DNA of 64,000 nucleotides, from contig CM059431.1 of the NCBI GenBank assembly GCA_030390025.1, positions 134,666,001 through 134,730,000 on the forward strand. Direction: 5' to 3'. This document shows, one piece after another, positions 51,581 to 64,000 of this stretch; the stretch's first letter is position 1; every line of letters starts with the position of its first letter. This DNA is from Squalus acanthias (taxonomy: Eukaryota). The position numbers were made by a program, and so were the translations under genes. The notes beneath the pieces are model-generated. The model searched no databases and was not told the origin of the DNA. It worked only from the letters and a program-made list of their open reading frames with translations.

Positions 51581-53774
51581 ATGGAATTCACAAAAGCTGG
51601 TCCAAGCAAAAGGAAGAGAGTGGTCTTAACTTTAAAACAGAAAATCGAGATATGCCAACGACTAGAAAGGGGAGAGAAGCGTATCAACATTATGAATGAA
51701 TTCAAAATCGGTTCGTCAACAATCTACGACATCAAATCGCAGAAGGATAAGCTGCTCAAGTTTTATTCAAGCTCGGAGACATGTAAGAGTGTAGAGAAAC
51801 GGCGTACGCTTCGTAAGCCTAAGCTTGAAGAGCTGGATACCGTGCTTTATGAATGGTTTTCTCTTAAGCATTCAGAGGGTGTTCCAATTTCCGGACCCAT
51901 GCTAATCGAGAAAGTGAAGGGCAACACGGTGGCATAGTGGTTAGCACTGGTGCCTCACAGCGCCAGGGACCCGGGTTCGAATCTGACCTCGGGTGACTGT
52001 CTGTGTGGAGTTTGCACATTCTCCCCGTGTCTGCGTGGGTTTCCTCCGGGTGCTCCGGTTTCCTCCCACAGTCCAAAAATGTGCGGGTTAGGTTGATTTG
52101 GCTATGATAAATTGACCCTTAGTGTTAGGGGGGGATTAAATATGTGGGGTTATGGGGATAGGATGGGATATGTTAGGGGGAATTAAATACGTGGGGTTAC
52201 GGGGGTAGGGTGGGATATGTGTACTGTGGGGATTAAAGCAGGGACAGGGTACTGGATTTGGATGATCAGCCATGATCGTATTGAATGGTGGAGCAGGCTC
52301 GATGGGCCGAATGGCCTACTCCTGCTCCTAGATTCTATGTTTCTATGTTTTCTACGAAAGGATGGAGCTCACTGCCAAGTGTGCTTTCTCCGATGGATGG
52401 CTAACGTGCTTCAAGTTACGGCACGGGATACGACGACTCGATATTTCCGGGGAGAAGAAATCAGCTGATCACGACGCTGCAGAAGAATACTGCGATTATT
52501 TCAATCGGATTGTGCAGCAACATGATTTGTCGCCAGCACAGATCTATAATGCCGATGAAACTGGCTTGTTTTGGAGGTTTTTGCCAGAATCAACGCTTGC
52601 TGGGGCTAGTGAGGCTAATGCTTCAGGTTACAAGAAAAATAAAGATCGTGTAACCGTGCTAACATGTGCAAACGCTGCTGGATCACACCGGGTTAAACTT
52701 CTTGTTATCGGGAAGTATAAAAATCCCCGTGCATTTAAAAATGTGAGGCACTTACCTGTTGAGTACAAAGCTCAAAAAAATGCTTGGATGGATAAGGAAA
52801 TCTTCTCCGATTGGTTCCATCATATTTTTGTTCTATCTGTGAGGGAACATTTCCGCAAAATAGGGAAACCTGAAGATAGCAAATGCATTTTATTGCTTGA
52901 TAATTGCAGAGCCCATCCGCATGAATCCCAGTTGGTTTCAGGAAATATTTTCACCATTTATTTGCCACCAAATGTAACTTCTCTCATCCAACCCATGGAC
53001 CAGGGCGTTATCCAAAATCTGAAGTGTCATTACAAGAAAGACTTCCTACGTAAACTGATAAGCCAAGATGACAATATTCAAGAATTGCAGAAGGAATACA
53101 ATATTAAAGATGCCATCTATAATGTTGCATGTTCCTGGAAATTGGTGAAAGGTCACACTCTGAGGCAAGCCTGGCGCAAATTGTGGCCTTCTGTAATGTT
53201 TGCTGAAGGTTCTTCTTCAGAGGAGGAATTTCATGGGTTCAGTGTTCGTCCCAAGAAGAGTACAATAATGGAAATGGCTGGAATGGTGAAAAATGCAGGC
53301 CCAGCAAACCCTCTACATCACCTCAGTGAAAGTGATATCGAGCAGTGGGTTGATGCAGATAGAGAAGTTGGTGTTGTGCATATGCTAAGTGATGATGAAA
53401 TAATTGAGAATGTTTTGAATCCAAAGAAAGAAAAGGAAAGCGAGATGGAAAGTGAAGAGGATGAGATTTCTGAAGAAGAGAAGATTTCTTGGGCTAAAGC
53501 TGCAGAAGGATTTTCTACAATCCTCAAATTTGCTGAAAGGCAGAATTGCTACTCTGCACAAGAAGTTATGCAACTCCATATTCTGCATTCCACCTTTCTA
53601 CAGAAAAGGCAAGAGTCCACTAAGCAAACCGACATCCGCAACATGTTTAAGAAAGCTTCCAAAAGAGTCGCAGCAGCGGAAGTGCCTGAAGAATCTGTGG
53701 CATCGGTGGAACTGCGTGCTCCTGATGACCCAGCTGGCACGGATATTTCTGATGAACCAGATGACTCGGAATAA
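51581..53774 (+). pseudogene. Tigger transposase (HTH_psq, HTH CENP-B, DDD) interrupted by a SINE
   Basis: 51581-51919 plus 52347-53774 rejoin in frame (588 aa) with YNADET, LLLDN and QPMDQG intact. Confidence 0.92.
51920..52346 (+). mobile_element. V-SINE (HE1-like), tRNA head and CR1-derived tail
   Basis: A box tggcatagtgg, B box ggttcgaatc, V-domain gtgtggagtttgca...gtgggtttcctccgggtgctccggtttcc, and (ttctatgt)n tail. Confidence 0.9.
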
Positions 53775-55116
53775 GTGTACAGTCAACTACAGTACTGTAG
53801 ACAGTCGTTTATAAGTTTTATTTTACTGTTAAGTAATTAAAGAGTTATGGATTACTCTCAACTGGCAGTACTGTACTTAATCAAGTATCGTCCACCATCC
53901 ATTTAACACAACATTCTGTAGCTGAGTACCCAAATACTGTATACTGCACATTTCTTGATTTTTTTATTTTTCTTTGTTAAAAATAGCCTCGGTAGATATA
54001 ACTCTCCGTTATCCGGTACTTTCGATAAACCGGCACCACGCCGGTCCCGTCGGTGCCGGTTAATAAAGAGTTTCCTGTAATAAAGTTTGATGTCATGAAT
54101 ACAGACATTTCAATTCTGCTAGAATCAGTGAAGTACTCCAGAATGAGATAATACCATAGCAGCTGCTAGATTGCCAGTCAGTCTTGGGTAGATTAAGCTG
54201 AATTCATAGATTTCATCAGAAACTGTAATGTTTGATAAAACTAATTGATAAACATTGATAAACTAACCATGGATTACCCAATCTTTCTAACAGCAACAGG
54301 ATACCAATTAAACTATGTGAGTAAGATTATATTCTTTTATTGGAATAAATCAATTTTAAATTTGAGATTAACAAAGCTAAATATAATCTATGCTATCCTC
54401 CAGAATGCAGCAATGACCTCATTGTCATTAATACTGCATAACTTGGTTTGTAATATAAGATTATTTTCGACATGCTGCATTACTTACATTTGCTGTACCA
54501 CCTACAATGGCTACATTCAATTGTAATTGACTTTAACAAGGGATAGCAGAAAAAATTATTAGAAAGAAAAAATCAGTTCCATCATTGCAGAAACAGTGGC
54601 CGACATTTTCACATTGCAGAGTGTGCGGGATTGGGTGCGAGTCGGCTGTTAAAAGCGCTGAAATTGACAGCACGTCGGGAACCCACCGTCATCCCGCTGA
54701 CTTCCGCCTTTCACCGGGGCGAGTTTAAGGCGCTCGGGAGAGGCGGGCGACCTCATTGAGGTTGTTAACTGCTCGTTTAAGGAGCCTCAACAGCCTTTTT
54801 AACGTGAGGTTTCAACTTTAACTGGTTGCGCACGGGATTCACGCACCTCGGGAACCTCGCCTGTGAAGGGAGGCGGAAGCTCAGTGGCCATTGAGCTCCT
54901 TCATTAAGTGACAGCTAGAAAATCCACATACTCACACCTTACACCTGCTCCCTTGCCTAAGGGAAAGGCTGTTGCTGACACCATTTTGTGCAGAGATTTA
55001 GCTTTCAGGAGTTTGTAAGTGATTGCTGCAACCTCAGAAGCCACTCTCACCACATTGCTAGTCACTATCAGAACATTGAAGGATTGTGCCTCTGATCTCC
55101 ACTTTACCTGGCATCT

Positions 55117-56279
55117 ATGTTGTCTCACCTTAGACCTCAGATTCGGACCAAGGTGAGCCCCAGCACCAACAACACCAGCCACACCAGCAGCAGCAACCAC
55201 AACAGCAGCCTTCTCCTCACCAACCTGATGCTCCACAGGAGAGAGGGGATTAGCACAGGGGTGCCCCTCGCAGGAGGCAATACCCCCTCTACAGAGTATA
55301 CAGGCAGAGGATGGGCTTCCTGGACATGACTGAACAGCAGGGCTTCAGGAGGCTCAGGCTATAGGTTGTAGCAGAAATTTGTAGCTTGCTGAAAGAAGAC
55401 CTGCTGCCCAGAGGACCTGGTGGACACGCCTTACCAGTGGTATCAAAGCCACCAATGCCCTCAACTTCTTCACCTCAGGCTCCTTCCAGGGATCTGCAGC
55501 AGACATTTGCAGAATCTCGCAGTTGGGTGCCCACAAATGCATCACCCAGGTGACCAATGCCATGTTTCACAACTCAGCCAATTATCTGAACTTTGCCACT
55601 GATGAAGCCAGTGTTACTGAGTGGGCTTGGCAGCTCTGGCTGGCTTCCCACAGGTGCAGAGTGTCATCGACTGCATACACTGGCCATCAAGGTTCCCCTA
55701 CATCACCCAGGAGTGTTTGTGAACGGCAAGGGCTTGCACTACCTGAATGTGCAGCTCGTCTGCAACCATAAAAAGATCATCATGCATGTGTGCACCAGAT
55801 TCCCTGGTAGCTGTCATGACTCTTTCGTGCTGCACCAGTCCACCCTCCCTCAGCTCTTCGCACCTCCAAACAGACTTTCCGGCTGGCTGCTTGGAGACAA
55901 GGGCTATCCAGTGAAGACGTGGTTGATGACACCGTTGAGGAGGCCAAGTAATGAGGCCAAGGAGCGTTATAATGAAAACCACATGTCCACCAGATGTGTC
56001 AAAGAGCAAGCAATCAGTTTGCTGAAGATGTGTTTCAGATGCCTTGACAGATCTGGAGGAGCCCTTCAGTACGCACCAGCCAGGGTCTCCAGAATCATCA
56101 CTGTATGCTGTGAGCTGCACAACATAGCGCACCAGTGAGGATTGGAGCTGCAGGATGAGCAAGGCGCAGAGCGCACAGCCTCTTCGGAGAAGGAACCTGA
56201 GGTGGAGATGGCACCAGCAGCGGCACACACTGCTATTTGGGAGGCCTGGGATGGCCTCATAATGGCCCAATTTACTTAA
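55117..56279 (+). pseudogene. Harbinger transposase, frameshifted
   Basis: [29 protein letters not shown] and FRCLDRSGG motifs. Confidence 0.88.
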
Positions 56280-58146
56280 CTTGCACCAGGACGCCCATAT
56301 GGCTCCTAGATGCTGTACCAACATCCCTCGCCCACAACAGCACAAAGCAGTTCTAAATAGACCAAGCCATTCCTGTCAACCAAACCCCCATTGCTCAAGG
56401 TTAAGTAATGTCTCACCATTCACTGCAAGTGACAAAGACACTTCCCAGGTAGCAGGCAAAAATTGACAAGACGGGAAAGTAGTGCAAAGAATAAATTTAT
56501 GTGCGTCATAAATAGAACTGAAACTTAACACTAACATTTTGGCAAACATCCATGTGCATACCCTTGTGCATCTACGATTGTGTCTATTTTCTTTTACGAG
56601 TGCTTCTACGAGGTGCAACCCCTGTGGCTTCAGCAGAGGTAGAGGCAGGCTGCTCACTTCCCTGCTGCGACTGCTTTGATACTTTTCATGGACATCCTCT
56701 GGGTTATAGGGCCCGTGAGGGTCCCGCTAAAGACTGCTCCTCCTGCAACAGTGCAGGGGCAGACTCAGCCATCGGGATCCGAGGCAACATGTGGGGCTGA
56801 CTGAAGGGGAGGCAATGGAGGAGAAGTGGGTGCGCTTTGAACAGAGCCCCCACTTCCATGTCCCCTGTCACCATCATTCCTCTCATGGATCACTCGCACT
56901 TCCCTGCGAGCAAGGAGCTAGACAGCACCTTGTTGCACATCAGTGGGGCGATGAACGCCCAAGTCTACATTAGTATCCCTCCTTGAGATGAGGTCAATGA
57001 GTGTCTGCAATCTGTTGTTCACAGCAAGCATGTTCTCGTTGGACTGGCGCATTTGCTGCTCCGTGCAGGTGGCCATCCTTTCCATGGAACAGCACATTGT
57101 CGCCATCGCCTGTGAGATGGTGATGCTCATGTTGGAGATGGACTCCTCCATTCTCTCTACAATCACACACATCGCAGCTGGAAAAGCTCCCAGAGCCTCG
57201 CACATTTGTTGCTGCTCCTCCAAGATCACCCTCTTTGTCTATGGCCCCCGAGGTTCAGCATCTGCATCCAGCTGGGCAGAGCTTGGAGCATCCTGTGCCC
57301 TCCGACGAGGACTCTCCACTGCTGTCCCTGTCTCCACCAGCTGCTCTTGCTCACTTGTGATCTGTGAGACACCAGGTGACAAACACTACTCTCTCTCTCA
57401 CAGGACTCACCGAGGTGTGTGTATCTGCGCTGGTGCTGGGTGCGCATGGGTCTGCTGACGGTGCACCCTCAGAGAATGGAGTCGTCTTCCTCCTCCGGCT
57501 GGACAGTGGGGGGTGGGGGGGGCACTTGATGGACCTGTGAGAGAGTAAAGACCTGAATTAGAAATGTAATGCTAAGAATGTGCAACATTACCATTATGCA
57601 TGTCATGACATTTCACTGGCTGCTGACTTCAAGTCACCATGAGTGACTTGTATACCATGTTGGCTGTGTGAGATTTAATTCTGTCACCAGGTCCCCCTCT
57701 CTCCATCTCCCACCACCAGCAGCTCTGCAACTCCAGTGACTTATTGCGCCTCCTCCTCTGCTGGAGTCAAGTTGGTGTAAATTGATGGGCCACCTGTGGG
57801 TCGTTGCCTCTCCCGGATGTTCTGGGCTCTCTTCTCCAGCAAGGAAGGAAAGAAGAGAACTTTAAGTGAGAGTGATGGAATGAGTGTAAGGAATGGATGG
57901 GCTACATCTGTAGAGGGTGACTATGAGGGAGTGGGGTGACAATGCCAAATGGCCTCATTCTATAGTGTTACTTCCTCTGATTGCATTAGGATGAGGGTGA
58001 GTGTCAGTGATGGCTAGTCAGATGGGGATGTGAGTCGGTGCAGAGTGAGGGATGGGTGCACCTTGCAAGGTAGCTCGGTGTGAGGATTGACGTGCAGGAG
58101 TAGGCTTGGGAAGGCTGAGTGATGGGGTTGGGGTGACACATACGTC

Positions 58147-58913
58147 GGGCCAGAAATTCGGGTCGGAGGCTTCCCGCGGGTGCAAGCCCCCAACCTGCAC
58201 TTACCTAGCGCACCTGCCGTTGTGCTGTGGGCCCGCGTGGGATTCCGATCCTGGGCCTCCTCCAGCTGCCGGTGCGCAGTGTTTGCGTATCCCAGGGGCG
58301 CAGTTAGTTCGAAGCGTCCCCTGGGATCACGTGGGCCATGGAGAGCCAATCGGAGCAGGGAATCTTCATTCATAGATTTGACAGGAAGACCTGTCAAATC
58401 TATGAATGGAGATTGGCCCCAAAACCTACCTAAAAATTAAAATAATTTTTTTAAAAAACATCACATTTTTAAAATAACTATAAATTGCATAAATTAACTA
58501 TTTTAAACAAAAATTTAAATTTTTGAAAAAATGTATTAAAGTTTTTAACGGGGCTAAATATAAACTTACCTTTCTTTAAAGTATTTAAAAAAGATAAACC
58601 TGTGGAAAAAAATGTTTAAATTTTACTAAATTCACCACTTACCTTGTTAAAAGCAGACCTTGCACCTGCTTTTTCCCTGCGCAGCTGCTGGGGACTTACC
58701 CTCACACAGAAACCTGAAAAAAAAAACGGAAGTCTGATGCGTGCGCGCTGCCTCTCCGGCGCACACGTTTGACCTCCGAACCCCTTCCTTCAAGGGAACG
58801 GAAGTTCCGGTTTCCAGCGCATGCGCAGTGCATGTGCGAAACCGGCACTTTCGCTGGGTCTACGGGTGAGTACACAGCGCGTACTCACCCGTGGAGACCC
58901 GAATTTCTGGCCC
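58147..58913. mobile_element. Harbinger MITE nested in Myb intron 1
   Basis: 18-bp perfect TIR GGGCCAGAAATTCGGGTC, flanks GTC/ATC, and an internal hairpin. Confidence 0.9.
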
Positions 58914-59104
58914 ATCATGTTTCAGTTGAAAGTGGCATTGCACTCATCTTTCCTGGCCTCATGAGATTATTAAATCTTTTGCGGCACTGGATCCAGAACT
59001 GCCTGACAACACCCCTGCTGCTGCCCTCCTCCGCGATCTCCAACCATGTCCTCTTGGTCTTACTGGAAGGTCTCTTGTGCCCATCCCCAGGGAACAGGAT
59101 GTTC

Positions 59105-62065
59105 CATAGAAGCATAGAAGATAGGAGCAGGAGTAGGCCATTCGGCCCCTCGAGCCTGCTCCGCCATTTAATGAGATCATGGCTGATCATCCAAATTCAG
59201 TACCCTGTCCCTGCTTTCTCCCCATATCCCTTGATCCCTTTAACCTTAAGAAATATATTTATCTCCTTCTTAAATATATTTGCTGAATTGGCCTCAACTG
59301 CCTTCTGTGGTAGAGAATTCCACAGGTTCACCACTCTCTGGGTGAAGAAATTCCTCCTCATCTCAGTCCTAAATGGCTTACCCCTTATCCTTAGACTGTG
59401 ACCTCTGGTTCTGGACTCCCCCGCCATCGGGAACATCCTTCCTGCATCTAGTCTGCCTAATCCTGTTAGAATTTTATAAGTTTCCATGAGATCCCCTCTC
59501 ATTCTTCAAAACTCTAGCGAATATAAGCCTAATCGACCCAATCTCTCTTCATACGTCATTCCTGCCATCCCAGGTATCAGTCTGGTAAATCTTCGCTGCA
59601 CTCCCTCCATGGCAAAAACATCCTTCCTCAGATAAGGCGACCAAAACTGCACACAATACTCAAGGTGTGGTCTCACCAAGGCCTTGTACAACTGCAGCAA
59701 GACATCCTTGCTCCTGTACTCGAATCCTCTCGCTATGAAGGCCAACATACCATTTGCCTTCTTAACTGCTTGCTGCACCTGCATGCTTACCTTCGTGCAC
59801 AAGGACTCCCAGATCTCGTTGCACTTCCCCTTTTCCCAATCTATTGCCGTTCAGATAATAATCTGTCTTCCTGTTTTTGCCACCAAAGTGGATAACCTCG
59901 CATTATACATTATACTGCATCTGCCATGCATCTGCCCAATCACCCAACCTGTCCAAATCATACTGGAGTTTCTCTGCATCCTCCTCATAGCACAGACGCC
60001 CACACACGCTCACTGTACCTGACGAAGAAGCAGAGCTCCGAAAGCTCGTCATTTCAAATAAAACTGTTGGACTATTACCTGGTGTTGTGCGACTTCTCAC
60101 CTTTTTTAAATAGTGGGGTTACATTAGCTACCCTCCAATCCATGGGAACTGTTCCAGAGTCTATAGAATTTTGAAAGATGACCAGCAATGCATCTACTAT
60201 TTCTAGGGCCACTTCCTTAAGTACCCTAGGATGTAGATTATCAGGCCCTGGGGATTTATCAATCCCGTCAATTTCCCTAACACCATTTCCCTACAAATAG
60301 TGATTTCATTCAATTCCTCCCTCTCATTAGACTCTATGTTCCCCGACATCTCTGGGAGTTTATTTGTGTCCTGCTTTGTGAAGACAGGACCAAAGTATGT
60401 ATTTAATTCGTCAGCCATTTCTTTGTTCCCCATTATAAATTCCCCTGATTCTGACTGCAAGGGACCTACGCTTGACTTCACCAATCTTTTTCTCTTCACA
60501 TATCTATAGAAGCTTTTACAATCAGTTTTTATGTTCCCTGCAAGCTTACTCTCATATTCTATTTCCCCCCCTCTTAATTAATCCCTTTGTCCTCCTTTGC
60601 TGAATCCTAAACTGCTCCCAATCCTCAGGTTTGCTGCTTTTTCTGGCCAATTTATATGTCCTCTCCTTGGATCTTATGCTATCCCTAATTTCCCTTCTTA
60701 GCCACGGTTGAGTCACCTTTTTTGTTTTATTTTTATGCCAAACAGGGATGAACAAATTCTGTAGTTCATCCATGCGATTTTTAAATGTTTTCCATTGCCT
60801 ATCCATCGCCAACCCTTTAAGTAACATTCCCCAATCCATCCTAGCCAACTCGCGCCTCATACCATCGTAGTTTCCTTTATTTAAATTCAGGACCCTAGTC
60901 TCTGAGTCAACTACTTCACTCTCCATCTTAATGAAGAATTCTATCATATTATGATCGCTCCTCCCCAAGGGGCCTCGCACAACAAGATTGCTAATTAATC
61001 CTTTCTGATTACATAATACCCAGTTTAATATGGCCTGATCTCTAGTTCGTTCCTCGACATATTGGTCCAGGAAACCATCCCGAATACACTCTAGGAATTC
61101 CTCCTCCACAGTATTGTTACTAATTTGGTTAGCCCAATCTATATGTAGATTAAAGTCACCCATGATAACTGCTGTGCCCTTATTGCACGCATCTCTAATT
61201 TCCCGTTTAATGCCATCCACAACATCAGCATTACTGTTTGGGGGTCTGTATACAACTCCCACTAACGTTTTCTGCCCCTTGGTATTTCTCAGCTCTACCC
61301 ATACAGATTCCACATCATCAGAGCTAATATCCTTCCTTACTATTGTGTTAATCTCCTCTTTAACCAGCAATGCTACCCCACCTCCTTTTCCTTTTTGTCT
61401 GTCCTTCCTGAATATTGAATTCCCAGCCTTGGTCACCCTGGAGCCATGTCTCCGTAATCCCAATTATATCATATCCGTTTACATCTATTTGCATAGCTAA
61501 TTCATCCACCTTATTACGAATGCTCCTCGCATTAAGACACAAAGCCTTCAGGCTTGTTTTTTTAACACTCTTAGTCCTTTTAGAATTATTGTTTACTGTG
61601 GCCCTGTTTGATTTACACCCTTGATTTCTCTGTCTTCCACTTTTGCTTTTCTCCTTCCTGTCTTTTGCTTCTATCCTTGCTTCCCTTTCCTCTGTCTCCC
61701 TGCACAGGTTCCCAACCCCCTGCCATTTTAGTTTAAACCCTTCCCAACAGCACTAGCAAACACTCCCCCTAGGACATCGGTCCCGGTCCTGCCCAGGTGC
61801 AAACCGTCCAGTTTGTACTGGTCCCATCTCCCCCAGAACTGGTTCCAATGTCGCAGGAATTTGAATCCCTCCCCCTTGCACCATTCCTCTAGCCACGTAT
61901 TCATCTGAAATATCCTTCTATTTCTACTCTGACTAGCACGTGGCACCAGTAGCAATCCTGAGATTACTACCTTTGAGGTCCTATTTTTTCATTTTCCTCC
62001 TAATTCCCTATATTCAGCTTTTAGGACCTTATCCCGTTTTTTACCTATATCGTTGGTACCTATAT
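59105..62065 (-). mobile_element. CR1 LINE (ORF1 esterase 3' part, APE, partial RT, tail)
   Basis: DGLHL at 61728-61955, APE at 60552-61542 and tail at 59105. Confidence 0.9.
60016..60049 (+). ncRNA. Minimal hammerhead ribozyme in a roughly 110-bp Penelope terminal fragment (about 59990-60100)
   Basis: AC-CUGACGA-AGAAGC(AGA)GCUCC-GAA-AGCU-C^GU. The downstream 50 bp match 16217-16260 inverted. Confidence 0.75.
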
Positions 62066-62139
62066 GTGTGCTCAAACTCCCTGCAGCAGGGCTTCCAGGG
62101 AGGAGTCGAAGAATCTGGGCGCTGTCTTCAAAAATCTTT

Positions 62140-64000
62140 CGGCAAAAAAATTTGGTATCAACCATTTTGTAGCGCTAACATCGCCTGGGCGCTAATTTTA
62201 GCACCCGGTGCTAATTAGCGTCGCGACCGCAAAATTGAGTTTTTGCACCCCAAGAGGGAAGTGGAGCGCAAAATCAAGCGCTTCACACTTCTCTTAGGGC
62301 ACTAACATCGCAGAGTGGGGCGCTACCTTCACAGCGCTAATCAAGTTCCGGCGTTGTCAATTAGAAAGTCGTTAGACAGGCTGGCACCTTCCAGTTCTTA
62401 AAGGGGAGGTTCAATCATGCTGCACAGCCTCCTTCTGATCATTGCTGCTTGTGAACTGGGCCTGCAAGGAACTGCAAGCCTTTACTCAAAGAAGTCATGG
62501 CTGATCAGAGGTTCAGCGACCACGCCTTGGAGGCTCTGGTTGCGGCCATGGATCGCCGATGCCCAAACACTGGCTGGAGGCCATTGCCACAGGAGTTCAG
62601 AAGGATGTGGCGGAAGGTTGCCCAGTACATCTCGGCCAGAAGCGTGGTCCAAAGGCATGCAGTCAGTGCCGCAAGAAGTTCAACGACCTCACTCGGGTGG
62701 TCAGGGTAAGTACATGCTTCAAAAACCTCTACATCCAACCCTCTCAACTTCACTCTGTGCACACACAGTATAAACCGCCACATCCCCAACACTCACCCAC
62801 CAACTATGCCCATCTACTAAAAGTGACATGCACATCTCACGCCTTGCATACATGAACAGCTATTCAACTATGGTAGGCACATCTGCCAAACACATGGCTG
62901 CACACTCACTCACACGCTGTCCTTTTTCTAGCAGGCCAAGATTGCTCGTAACAGGAGGGAGCAGCTATGAACGGGAGGAGGTGAGGCGGACCTGCACCCC
63001 CTCAAACAGCTGGAGGAGTGAGTGCGCAGCATCATCGCGGCCCAGGTCGTGGGCGCTGTGGCAGTCAGAGAGTTCGACCCCCTTGGAGACAACAACAGTT
63101 CTTCACCGCTCCCTCTTCTCTCATACCACTTACCCCTCACAACACAAGCCTTTCCCACTTTCTATCTAAATATACTGTTTCCATTCCTTGCTCCCTGCCC
63201 CCCTCCCCTGATGTTAAACCCACTCTTGTGCCTTAATGCTTTCAGATAATCAGCCTGCATCTGACCAGCCTGTTCCTCAGCCTCCCAGTGGCAGCGGCGC
63301 GGGAGAGGAGGAGGAACACCAACTGGAGCCTCACTGCCTGTGTCTCCCGAGGGTGAGACATCCGATAATGGGGCCACGCGGTCGCTGGAGGGGAGCAGAG
63401 GAAATGGCTCTGATGTGGGTGAAGCTCCGGGACTCAGCGGGCTGCAGCAATGCCATGGGGAAAGGGAAGCTCGGGGGCCATCTCCCCGGAGGGTGAGTTC
63501 ACGCACGAGTTCTGCTGCACAGGACTCAGCTGAGGACCTCGATGTGGAGGCGATGACCACACAGGTGATGAGCATGCATACTGAGCTCATGGGTGCAATG
63601 GCAAGGGTGAGAGCATGGATGCACTGGCTAGGAGCGTGGAGGAGTCCGCCTCCAGCATTGCACTCAGCTCTGCGCAAACCATCGACCCCATCCTTGGCAC
63701 TTTGCAGAGGATGGTTGACTCACAGAAGACTGTGGGGACCCAGACCTCATGCCGCATGTCATGGGTGAGGTGGCAGCAGCTGTTGCAGCACAGGCCGAGG
63801 CAACGCAACGGCTTAGTACTGCAATGGAGTCAGTGGTTGGTGGTATCCAGTCTCAGACTGCTCTCATGCAGTCTCAGATTGATGCCACGCAAGCGCTGAA
63901 TGCTGCCATCGTCGCTGGGTCGCACACTGTCCACCTGGGATCTCATGGTGCCGCAGCAGGCCAGCAATCTGTGCTCGAACAGATTGCTCTGGATGCTGAG
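62140..64000 (+). mobile_element. Family-A-related Harbinger, left part with Myb pseudogene (ATG 62497; exons from 62935 and 63246)
   Basis: gcgctaa-rich subterminus and MADQRFSDHALEALV...QCRKKFNDLTRVVR. Frameshifts are present and it runs off the window. Confidence 0.85.

Larger units (their letters stand above)
51051..54077 (+). mobile_element. Full-length Tigger/pogo DNA transposon
   Basis: TIR CAGGAAACT...AGTTTCCTG, TA TSDs, and a CENP-B/Jerky-type transposase. Confidence 0.95.
54598..62135. mobile_element. Degenerate Harbinger (family B); right end not in window
   Basis: Left TIR ggccgacattttc and transposase on +. The Myb gene on - has exon 1 split by CR1 (KTAPRFFDSSLEALLQGV at 62066-62128, NILFP at about 59100). 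Confidence 0.82.

Noticed and set aside
51920..52000. tRNA gene
   Set aside because: It is the tRNA-derived head of a V-SINE.
52362..53774. Domesticated JRK/TIGD host gene
   Set aside because: It is flanked by TIRs and TA TSDs, interrupted by a SINE, and has a MITE derivative.

Overview
Vertebrate genomic DNA, most likely from a cartilaginous fish (shark-type CR1, V-SINE and Deu-SINE repertoire; inference). The window lies inside a UGGT2-like gene on the minus strand. Six coding exons (34823 down to 5168) splice in frame, one of them through a GC-AG intron. The introns are filled with deeply nested transposons. These include several two-gene PIF/Harbinger elements (one with an intact DDE transposase), about ten Harbinger MITEs with 3-bp TSDs, a Tigger/pogo element broken only by a SINE plus its own deletion MITE, CR1/L2 LINEs, hAT MITEs, and Penelope-like elements carrying minimal hammerhead ribozymes. 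The most notable items are a Harbinger MITE carrying a spliced SLC66A2/PQLC1 cDNA fragment (Pack-TIR candidate), a hammerhead ribozyme in sense orientation in the host intron, and a possible in-frame UGGT2-transposase splice. All calls were made by eye; no database searches were run.
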